This document shows positions 19,752-27,856 of a stretch of 63,445 nucleotides of DNA, one piece after another; position 1 is the first letter of the stretch; each line of letters starts with the position of its first letter. The notes beneath the pieces were generated by a model that ran no database searches, was not told the DNA's origin, and saw nothing but the letters and a program-made list of their open reading frames with translations. Location: the NCBI GenBank assembly GCA_964652315.1, contig CAZZBU010000006.1, positions 1 through 63,445 of the forward strand. Reading direction: 5' to 3'. Origin of the DNA: an uncultured Bacteroidales bacterium. GTDB taxonomy: Bacteria; Bacteroidota; Bacteroidia; Bacteroidales; JAAAOM01. The position numbers and the translations under genes are program-made.

Positions 19752-22382
19752 TTGAGATATATGTTTTTAAAAGATAAGATGATTAGAAGTGGATTGGTTG
19801 TGTTATTGATTTTTTCCACACTCAATATATCAGCGCACAAAGGTTTTGATAAGAATATTTCTCCTGAAACCAGGCTATTGTTTTCAATGAATGATACCGA
19901 GCAGGACGATGAGCAGCTTAAACAAGCTCAATATGAAAAGCTTATTAAACGAGGAGACAGCCTAATGAACATTGAAGAAAATGTGAAAGCCCTTCTTGAA
20001 TTTCAAAAAGCGGTTGAATTGATGCCGTATGAAGAGTATCCCCGCCTGAAAATTCAAGTAATAGAGACCTCCCTGGATTTAAAACAACGTGAAGAACTAC
20101 GAAAACTCGAAGAAGCCAGAAAAAAGGAGGAAGAAAAGGTTCTTGAACAACCAAAGGAACAACCGGATGAACAACCTGTAAGTGAACCGGAACCAGAGAA
20201 ACCCCAACCTGAAGTAAGGAAGGAAGATAAACCTGAACAAGCTGATGTGCAGGTTATACCACCTGATAAGCCTACCATTCAGTCTATTTTGGCTCAATAT
20301 GAAGACACTCTTAGTAAGCTTGATGATGTCAAACACAGGGTTGAGAAATCAATCCTTTATACAGAAATTGCCAGTGAACTGAAACAGGCAGGCTTTCATT
20401 CCAAAGCCATTGAATATTTTCAGAAATCATTGATGGTTCAGGAAGAGACCGGCGAAAACCCAGACCAGGTTGCCACCATTTATGATGGAATGGCCGAAGT
20501 ATACCTTGATTCGGGTGCTTTTGAAACATCCATTGAAACCCTTGAAAAATCTATGGCAATCAAAGAAGAATCAGGAGATACCAAAGGCGTCTCAGAAAAT
20601 CTGAACAAAATAGGCAACGTGTATGAAAACATATATGATTATACCAAAGCCATCGATTTTTATGAAAAATCTGCAGAGGTAAAAACCACCATTGATGATA
20701 AAGCCGGATTATCACAGGTAATGGATAATATGGGTAATCTTTACTACAAACAACAAATCCTTGAAAAATCCATTGAATCCTATGAACGTTCGGTAGCAAT
20801 AAATGAGCAACTGGATAATAAGGAAGTACTTGGTAAAACATATAACAAACTCGGAGTATCTCATTTCGAACTCGGACAGTATGATCAGGCTGAAGAATAT
20901 TATAAAAAATCGATTTCCAACGCCGAAGCTATCAATGAGAACCTTGTAAAATCAAGGGCTTTAAACAATCTTGGTAATTTGAATTTTATTCAAAACAGGT
21001 ATAACAAAGCCATTAATTATTATGAGAATGCTATTGCTATTAAATCAGAAATTGATGATCACAAGGGTCGGGCAATTTCATATTATAATATTGGCAATGC
21101 TTACAGGTTATCCAACCAACCGGACAAAGCCATTCCTTATTTTGAACAAAGCCGGGTACTGGCTGAGGAGCATGAAGAAGAGGATCTCCTGGCAAGAAAC
21201 TTACAGGTACTTGCTCAATTATATCACGAAGAAAACAATCCTGAAAAAGCCAGCGAATTTGAAGCACTGGCACAGCAGATTGGCAATCCATCCGTGGATA
21301 TTGATGATAATATTGCCGAGGGTGAGATGACAATTGCCGCAGTGTCGGAGGATCAGGATATGATAACTATGCTAACCGAGGAAATTATCCGTCAAAAACA
21401 TCTGGTAGAAGCCGAAGCTGAGCGCCGGGCAAAAGAAAACAAAATAAACAGGCTGAAACTGGAATCCCAAAACGAGCAGATTAAAAGACAACGAATATTT
21501 CTTGCCTCCCTTACCATTGTTATTGTTTTGGTATTGGTTGTGACACTCTTACTTCGAATGCAAATTCTTCAGAAGAAAAAAGCCAATAAGGAATTACGGG
21601 AAAAGAATGAGCTTATCTCCACACAGAAAAGACTTATCACCGATAATATCCTTTCAGCAAGAGTCATTCAAAAAGCGGCCATGCCACCCGAAGATTATGT
21701 CAAAGCAGAGTTGCCCGAACATTTTATTCTTAACATGCCCAAAGACATTGTAAGTGGCGATTTTTACTGGCTCGAAAAACGCGATGGAGCCTTGTTCGTT
21801 GCCGTTGCAGATTGCACCGGTCACGGAGTACAGGGTGCTGTAGTAAGCATGTTGGGAATTGCAGCTCTGAACGAAATTGTTAATAAAAGCTTTGATTCCC
21901 GGCCAAGTGATATCCTGAACCAGTTGAGTGAAAGAATAAAAACCACCCTGCACAGTGAAAATGGGGAATCAGCAGCCCGGGAAGGCATGGACATGGCTTT
22001 ACTTAAAATCAATAAAGACGGGCAGGAAATAGAATTTTCCGGCGCCAAAAATCCGCTTTACCTGGTGCGCGATGGAGAAGTTATTGTGTATAAAGGCAAC
22101 CGTTCTCCTATTGGCTATTACACCAAGGACATTCCTTTTACCACACAAAAAATAAAAACCCGGAAAGGCGATTCATTGTACATATTCTCCGATGGATATA
22201 TTGACCAGTTGGGTGGCAAAGAACTCAAAAAGTTCATGGCCCGCCGGTTTCAAAAAATTCTCGTTGATATTAATGATAAACCCATGGAAACACGCCGTGA
22301 AATCCTTGTAGAAAAATTCAATAAATGGAAGGGTGAATACGCCCAGGTTGATGATATTATGGTTATGGGCATCTCCTTGTAG
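19752..22382 (+). CDS. TPR-repeat membrane sensor with SpoIIE/PP2C phosphatase domain
   Basis: Signal-like N-terminus, P/E-rich linker, multiple TPRs, one TM, then VSGDFYW, ADCTGHG, SDGYIDQ and QVDDI. Confidence 0.87.
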   Translation: MRYMFLKDKMIRSGLVVLLIFSTLNISAHKGFDKNISPETRLLFSMNDTEQDDEQLKQAQYEKLIKRGDSLMNIEENVKALLEFQKAVELMPYEEYPRLKIQVIETSLDLKQREELRKLEEARKKEEEKVLEQPKEQPDEQPVSEPEPEKPQPEVRKEDKPEQADVQVIPPDKPTIQSILAQYEDTLSKLDDVKHRVEKSILYTEIASELKQAGFHSKAIEYFQKSLMVQEETGENPDQVATIYDGMAEVYLDSGAFETSIETLEKSMAIKEESGDTKGVSENLNKIGNVYENIYDYTKAIDFYEKSAEVKTTIDDKAGLSQVMDNMGNLYYKQQILEKSIESYERSVAINEQLDNKEVLGKTYNKLGVSHFELGQYDQAEEYYKKSISNAEAINENLVKSRALNNLGNLNFIQNRYNKAINYYENAIAIKSEIDDHKGRAISYYNIGNAYRLSNQPDKAIPYFEQSRVLAEEHEEEDLLARNLQVLAQLYHEENNPEKASEFEALAQQIGNPSVDIDDNIAEGEMTIAAVSEDQDMITMLTEEIIRQKHLVEAEAERRAKENKINRLKLESQNEQIKRQRIFLASLTIVIVLVLVVTLLLRMQILQKKKANKELREKNELISTQKRLITDNILSARVIQKAAMPPEDYVKAELPEHFILNMPKDIVSGDFYWLEKRDGALFVAVADCTGHGVQGAVVSMLGIAALNEIVNKSFDSRPSDILNQLSERIKTTLHSENGESAAREGMDMALLKINKDGQEIEFSGAKNPLYLVRDGEVIVYKGNRSPIGYYTKDIPFTTQKIKTRKGDSLYIFSDGYIDQLGGKELKKFMARRFQKILVDINDKPMETRREILVEKFNKWKGEYAQVDDIMVMGISL

Positions 22383-22402
22383 TTGACCATTCTAAATATG
22401 AG

Positions 22403-22473
22403 GCTTTAATGAACATCAATACAAATTGTGTGTTTTCTTATTAAGAATAATTGATGTTCATTAAAGCTTTTTG
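22403..22473 (+). terminator. 18-bp inverted repeat with 29-nt loop followed by T5; terminator/attenuator-like
   Basis: GCTTTAATGAACATCAAT (22403-22420) and ATTGATGTTCATTAAAGC (22450-22467), then TTTTTG. Confidence 0.55.
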
Positions 22474-22475
22474 TT

Positions 22476-23345
22476 ATGAACCGTCGGAATTTTTTACGTG
22501 GTAGCGCCCTTGTCGGAGGTGCTTTATTGCTTGAATCGTTTCCTTATCATGCTTATGCTTCCACTCAAAAAAAATTTGCTCAGGATACGGTAGTCCTGGG
22601 AGATACCGGAATTGAAGTTTCGCGATTAGCCATGGGCACAGGTACCAGTGGCTATAACAACAGCTCCGTTCAAAAACGTAAACTGGGTTTGCAAGGCCTT
22701 GCCAATATGCTCAGGGGCGGCTATGATGAGGGAGTTAATTTCTGGGAATCGGCTGACCAGTATGGAACGCATCCACACCTGAAAGAAGCCCTGAAAGGTG
22801 TTCCCAGAGAGAAAGTAGTACTTCTTACAAAAACACATGCCCGGACAGAAAAAGAAATGAGGAATGACTTAGACCGGTACAGGCGTGAAATAGGAACCGA
22901 CTATATTGACATTATTTTGTTGCATGCGCTTACTAATCCGCAATGGAATGAAAACAGAAAGGGTGCCATGGAATACTTATCCAGAGCGCGTGAAGATGGA
23001 ATTATCCGGGCTCACGGGGTATCCTGCCATTCAATAGGAGCACTTCGAACTGCGGCAAAAGAACCATGGGTGCAGGTTGACCTTGCCCGCATTAACCCTG
23101 CCGGCCTGAGTATGGATGATGATATACCCATAGTGGCAAATGTGCTCAAAGAAATGAAATCCAAAGGCAAAGGAATTATTGGAATGAAAATACTGGGTGC
23201 CGGAGGACTGAGAAACAAGGTGGATGAAGCATTACAATATGCACTGGCCCAAAATTATATGGATTCCTTCACTATTGGAGCTGAGAATCCTGATGAATTC
23301 CGCGACCTGTTAAAGCGGATTCCTGCGGCAAGCACCCGGGGGTAA
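22476..23345 (+). CDS. Aldo/keto reductase with twin-arginine (Tat) signal
   Basis: MNRRNFL signal; VSRLAMGT, ESADQYG, LTK, DYIDIILLH, GVSCH. Confidence 0.85.
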   Translation: MNRRNFLRGSALVGGALLLESFPYHAYASTQKKFAQDTVVLGDTGIEVSRLAMGTGTSGYNNSSVQKRKLGLQGLANMLRGGYDEGVNFWESADQYGTHPHLKEALKGVPREKVVLLTKTHARTEKEMRNDLDRYRREIGTDYIDIILLHALTNPQWNENRKGAMEYLSRAREDGIIRAHGVSCHSIGALRTAAKEPWVQVDLARINPAGLSMDDDIPIVANVLKEMKSKGKGIIGMKILGAGGLRNKVDEALQYALAQNYMDSFTIGAENPDEFRDLLKRIPAASTRG

Positions 23346-23347
23346 TG

Positions 23348-24391
23348 CTAATACTGATGCCCTGGTTCATCAAGCTTTACCTTACCACGGAAGGTATTAT
23401 AAACAAATACGGTGTATCCAACAGCCAGAGGTATACCAATGGCTACAATGGTGAGCATTATTCTGAGGGAGCGGTCCGATGAAGCAGCATTATAGATATC
23501 AATATTATGAGCCTGATCAATGGTTGACAGGAGTATCTCCGGATAAAGCTCAACAGCCACCAATATTAAAAGTAAGCTGATGGTAATGGATGAAAAAATA
23601 AATGCCTGTTCATATTTTCTTTTTGATGCCAGACGGGGCACATTGGCTATGCTTAAAAAGGTAAGCAAGGGTATGGCAAACAAAACAGGATTATTCTGAA
23701 ATTTATCCGACAGATGAGGAAGGTAAATAAGGGTGTACATGGTGATAATTCCAAAACAGACCATAAAGAAAATCATGCCGCTTTTGAGCAGATACGTAAG
23801 TTTGGCATACATCCTTCCCTCGGTTTTTAAAAGCAGGTAAATTGCACCGTGGGTCATCATCAGTGCCAGGGTTGTTACGCCTGTCATGATAGCATACGGA
23901 TTCAGAAATTCCCAGAAACCCCGTCCCTGATAATAGTAATTTTCACCAATAGCGATGCCCCCAAGCACATTACCCAGTACTACACCCAATAAAAATGCAA
24001 GCATAATACTACTGAAGCTATAGCTGATATCCCATACGCGGCGCCACCATTTCATCTCTTCCTTGCTGCGAAATTCAATGGAAACGGCCCTGAAAATTAT
24101 GAAAACTAAAAACAGCATAAAAGGAACATACATGGCTGAAAGCATCGTGGCATACATTACCGGAAAACCAGCAAACAGGGCTCCACCACCTATGACCAGC
24201 CATACTTCGTTACCGTCCCATACAGGTCCGACTGCATTAAGGGCAATTCTTCTGCTCTCTTCTTTTCTAAAAAACAAATGCCATGCTCCAGCCCCGAAAT
24301 CAAAGCCATCAAGAATAGCATACCCAGAAAACAAGGCACCAACGATTAAAAACCACCATGTTGGATAATCAAGTCCTAAAAATGTTTCCAT
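23348..24391 (-). CDS. cydB: Cytochrome bd ubiquinol oxidase subunit II
   Basis: LDGFDFGAG, GPVWDGNEVWL, LIFRAVSIEF-like segment; follows cydA. Confidence 0.95.
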   Translation of the reverse strand: METFLGLDYPTWWFLIVGALFSGYAILDGFDFGAGAWHLFFRKEESRRIALNAVGPVWDGNEVWLVIGGGALFAGFPVMYATMLSAMYVPFMLFLVFIIFRAVSIEFRSKEEMKWWRRVWDISYSFSSIMLAFLLGVVLGNVLGGIAIGENYYYQGRGFWEFLNPYAIMTGVTTLALMMTHGAIYLLLKTEGRMYAKLTYLLKSGMIFFMVCFGIITMYTLIYLPHLSDKFQNNPVLFAIPLLTFLSIANVPRLASKRKYEQAFIFSSITISLLLILVAVELYPEILLSTIDQAHNIDIYNAASSDRSLRIMLTIVAIGIPLAVGYTVFVYNTFRGKVKLDEPGHQY

Positions 24392-24395
24392 AATC

Positions 24396-25772
24396 TTATT
24401 TCATTACAACATTAGCAATATCACTTGTGAGTGGACGATCATCCATAAGACTACTGTCGTCCGGTCCCTTCTTGATTTTTTTATCCAGCAGGTAAATAAA
24501 CAATGTAAACAGCAAGGCGTAAATGGACGTGAACAATATCAGTGAAAACCATACCTGATTGGCCCTGACTGACTCTGACAGTGCATCAGAGGTGCGCAGC
24601 AAACCATAGACTACCCAGGGCTGGCGGCCCATTTCAGCTGCATACCATCCCAGTTGATTGGCAATTTGTGGCAATAAAACAGCAAAAATAAAAACCACCA
24701 TCAGCCATTTTTTGGTGAACAAGCTGCGCCGCCACATCAAAAATGTAGCATAAACAGTGATGGCTATGAGGATAAGGCCGATAAAAACCATAAAATGGTA
24801 AAATTGAAATACAGCATTAACAGCAGATGGCCTGTCTTCCTCAGGAAAGGCATTTAACCCTGTTACAGGAGTATTGAAATCGTAATCAACCAGAAAGGAA
24901 AGCCCCCCCGGAATCTTTATGCCGGTAACTTTTTGTTCTTCTTTATCAACCCATCCCATGATATACATGTCGGCCGGGGCCGATGCTTCAAAATGGCCTT
25001 CAAATGCGGCTAACTTGGCCGGTTGGGTTTCTACCAGTGTATCTGCTGAACTGTGACCGGACAATAATTGCAGAACTGCAAACACGGTTGCCACGGATAA
25101 AGCTATGCGAAAAGCTTTTTTCGAAAGCTCCACATGGCGGTTTTTATATAAATAATAGGCATGCACACTCAATACCAGGAATGCCCCGGCTAATAAAGCA
25201 CCCAGCCATACATGAAGTACACGATCGACTGATGAAGGATTGAAGACCATTGTCCAGAAATCGGTAATTTCAGCCCGGGCATTTAACCCTTCTCCAACAA
25301 TATGAAATCCTGCAGGAGTTTGTTGCCAGCTGTTTGCTACCACAATCCAGATAGCTGAAAACATAGACCCCAGGAATACTCCAATAGTTGCTATCAGATG
25401 CACAGCCGGTTTCAGCCGGTTCCAGCCAAAGAGCAATACCCCCAGAAAACCGCTTTCGAGGGCAAAGGCAAAGATGCCCTCAGCAGCCAGGGCGCTGCCA
25501 AAAATATCACCAACGTAACGTGAATATGCAGCCCAGTTGGTGCCAAATTGAAATTCCATTACAATGCCGGTGGCCACTCCAATACCAAATATAAGCGCAA
25601 AAATTTTGGTCCAAAACCTGGCTAATACCTCGTATTCTTTGTTTTTGGTGCGTACATACAGGCTTTCCATAATAACCATGATTAGTCCCAAACCTATACT
25701 AAGTGGGGGAAAAATGTAATGAAAAGCAATAGTGAATGCAAATTGAATCCGTGCCAGTATTTCAACGTCCAT
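24396..25772 (-). CDS. cydA: Cytochrome bd ubiquinol oxidase subunit I
   Basis: ARIQFAFTIAFHYIF, GVATGIVMEFQFGTNW, QPAKLAAFEG, AEMGRQPWVV. Confidence 0.96.
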   Translation of the reverse strand: MDVEILARIQFAFTIAFHYIFPPLSIGLGLIMVIMESLYVRTKNKEYEVLARFWTKIFALIFGIGVATGIVMEFQFGTNWAAYSRYVGDIFGSALAAEGIFAFALESGFLGVLLFGWNRLKPAVHLIATIGVFLGSMFSAIWIVVANSWQQTPAGFHIVGEGLNARAEITDFWTMVFNPSSVDRVLHVWLGALLAGAFLVLSVHAYYLYKNRHVELSKKAFRIALSVATVFAVLQLLSGHSSADTLVETQPAKLAAFEGHFEASAPADMYIMGWVDKEEQKVTGIKIPGGLSFLVDYDFNTPVTGLNAFPEEDRPSAVNAVFQFYHFMVFIGLILIAITVYATFLMWRRSLFTKKWLMVVFIFAVLLPQIANQLGWYAAEMGRQPWVVYGLLRTSDALSESVRANQVWFSLILFTSIYALLFTLFIYLLDKKIKKGPDDSSLMDDRPLTSDIANVVMK

Positions 25773-25849
25773 GATTTGAAATTTCGGTTATGAGTAATTA
25801 GAATTCCTTAAAACATGAAAGTATATTTATAGATAAATTCATGTTATGT

Positions 25850-25857
25850 CAAAAATA
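25850..25857 (-). promoter_or_regulatory. sigmaA -7 element for cydAB
   Basis: TATTTTTG on the minus strand about 78 nt upstream of the cydA ATG. Confidence 0.4.
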
Positions 25858-26049
25858 GTAAATCTGGCGAAAAAAAATTACGGGGTTGGTTATTTTAAAT
25901 AAAACCAAATAGCATTAACACAAGTGTCATGTCATTTTTACTTTTGCGGTTAAACCACAGTCAAGGTTTTCAATTATTGTCAGTGTATGCCCCGTCAATG
26001 GTCAACGACTATGATGGTGGCTAAGCGACATTAGAGTCTTGACACGACA

Positions 26050-26421
26050 CTAGTATTTCTCCAAAACACTGGATAATAGTTCTTTATCAATCTCCTCTTT
26101 AATGATGTATGATCTGGCACCTGCTTCAATCATCTGAATAACATATTTCATATCTGAATGAAAGGACAGGGCGATAATGATTAAATTCCGGTAGGTTTCA
26201 GAGGCAATTTTGGTGGTTTCAATGCCATTCATAACAGGCATGTCAATATCCATAAATACAATGTCTATGACTTTTTTTGAGAGAATATCCAGGCATTCTT
26301 TTCCATTGCAGGCGGTATCGATGCTTTCAACGGTTTCATCAAAAGTATCGGTGATTAAAAATTTCAAGGCACTTAAAAATTGTACATGATCATCTACAAG
26401 TAATATTCGCAATTTTTTCAC
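26050..26421 (-). CDS. Stand-alone response regulator receiver (NarL-like REC)
   Basis: LVDDH, DIVFMDIDMPVMNG, SYIIKE; GTG start; no output domain. Confidence 0.88.
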   Translation of the reverse strand: MKKLRILLVDDHVQFLSALKFLITDTFDETVESIDTACNGKECLDILSKKVIDIVFMDIDMPVMNGIETTKIASETYRNLIIIALSFHSDMKYVIQMIEAGARSYIIKEEIDKELLSSVLEKY

Positions 26422-26537
26422 TATGGCAGGGTTTATGGTAAAATTTAAATCATCATAAATTTAATCATTGTTGTGTAATGAATCAAAGCAAACATCTCAA
26501 AATCACTCATAAAATAATTCTTTTTATAGTGATTAAT

Positions 26538-26545
26538 CAAATGTA
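26538..26545 (-). promoter_or_regulatory. sigmaA -7 element upstream of the receiver gene
   Basis: TACATTTG on the minus strand, downstream of the terminator at 26649-26683. Confidence 0.4.
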
Positions 26546-26648
26546 CGATATGCAAAAAAGAAATGGTTGAGAAGATATACGCATATTGCGATGTACTGTC
26601 ACGAATGTGTTAGTGGGTATTTACCGTCATTTTTAAAAAAAAGCATAC

Positions 26649-26683
26649 AAAAACAGGGTAACGGACAGGCGTCCGTCACCCTG
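26649..26683 (-). terminator. Intrinsic terminator
   Basis: CAGGGTGACGGAC-GCCT-GTCCGTTACCCTG 13-bp stem (one G.U pair) followed by TTTTTG on the minus strand. Confidence 0.85.
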
Positions 26684-26750
26684 CAAACCAAACCACACTA
26701 AAACAACCCTAAATCAAACCTATTAAGTAAACTTAAATATCGAAAAAATG
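26649..26750 (-). ncRNA. Candidate sRNA with GGUUUG repeats ending in a strong terminator
   Basis: Three GGTTTG and one GGGTTG within 26684-26720 on the minus strand; no ORF; own terminator. Confidence 0.5.
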
Positions 26751-26784
26751 TTCAAAAATTTTCTGATATTTTTTATTTTTTTTC

Positions 26785-26832
26785 AAAAAAAGAGGTTTCT
26801 TCTGGAGAGGATTGTCATCTACCCGAAACCTC
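26785..26832 (-). terminator. Intrinsic terminator (switchable)
   Basis: GAGGTTTC...GAAACCTC stem followed by T7 on the minus strand. Confidence 0.7.
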
Positions 26833-27024
26833 ATCAATGTTTTACAGATTAAACTCAACATCTTTTCCTACCACACAAAATCCGTTAATCTGTAAAAGTC
26901 AAATCCCCTCATAAACTAAAACCACGCATTAAATCATTTCAGACATTTATTTTCCCCGCCTAGAAGAAACCTTTTTGTGTTTACAAAATAATTTTGTATA
27001 CTTTCTATCAATTCAAATAACCTG
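26785..27024 (-). ncRNA. Candidate structured RNA/attenuator with two alternative folds
   Basis: TATATTTG -7 element at 27028-27035; helices 26962-72/26793-803 (11 bp), 26902-10/26805-13 (9 bp) and 26885-97/26840-52 (13 bp); terminator at the 3' end. Confidence 0.5.
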
Positions 27025-27181
27025 ATACAAATATACGGGGTAAAATGCCTTGTTTCTTGAGCACTACCACGCAAAATTAGTAAATTTTTACTCAAAATAA
27101 AATGTGTAGAAATAATTAATCATTACGTATCAGATTTTGGGTGTTTTCCGACATGAGGTTGAGTTTATAATATCCAGTTAA

Positions 27182-27817
27182 TCAAACGGATACAAGATTG
27201 TTTTTGATAGCATATACAACCAGGCTAATGGAATTGTTACTTTCTGTTTTCATCAGCAGATTGGATCGGTGGCGTTCTACCGTCCGTTGTGAAATATGCA
27301 GCTCATCCGAAATCTGACTGTTCGAATATCCTTTGCAAATCAGGGCTAGAATTTCCTGTTCGCGCCTTGTTAAAGTAACATTTTGATTTTCTGATTTATG
27401 CTTTATCAGGCTTAGCAATAATTCCTGTGAAAAATATGTGCCCCCTCTGAGAATGTAGCGAATGCCGTTTTTTAATTCTTCGTTATCAGCGTCTTTTAGA
27501 ATAAACCCTTTTACTCCAAGTTCAATCATGGTATTGTAATATGCATCTTCGCCAAACATTGACAGGACAAGGATGTTTAAATCAGGTTTTTTTTCGAGTG
27601 CAATGCGGGTAGCCTCCACCCCATTCATTACAGGCATGCTGATGTCCATCAGAACCAAATCAGGGTGTATGACTTCAAGCAATTCCAGGAATTCTTTTCC
27701 GTTTGATGCTTCAGCCACAACCTCAATATTTTCCATTTCATTGATTATGAATTTCAGCCCGTTACGAAACAGGTTATGATCATCCACAATGACAATTTTA
27801 TGGTTTTCTTTTTCCAT
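27182..27817 (-). CDS. NarL/LuxR-family response regulator
   Basis: VDDHNLFR, DLVLMDISMP, GFILKD, LTRREQEIL...TVERHRSNL HTH. ATG at 27817 preferred over TTG at 27835. Confidence 0.95.
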   Translation of the reverse strand: MEKENHKIVIVDDHNLFRNGLKFIINEMENIEVVAEASNGKEFLELLEVIHPDLVLMDISMPVMNGVEATRIALEKKPDLNILVLSMFGEDAYYNTMIELGVKGFILKDADNEELKNGIRYILRGGTYFSQELLLSLIKHKSENQNVTLTRREQEILALICKGYSNSQISDELHISQRTVERHRSNLLMKTESNNSISLVVYAIKNNLVSV

Positions 27818-27856
27818 ATTATAAAGATAATTCAACTTTTTTGAACCCCCAAATTG

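Noticed and set aside
21970-22000. EGMD instead of DGMD in the PP2C domain, suggesting inactivity
   Set aside because: The principal metal-binding aspartates (GDF, ADC, SDG, DD) are all present.
26748-26852. 34-aa plus-strand ORF MFKNFLIFFIFF...
   Set aside because: Derived from homopolymer tracts and antisense to the terminators; no recognisable protein features.
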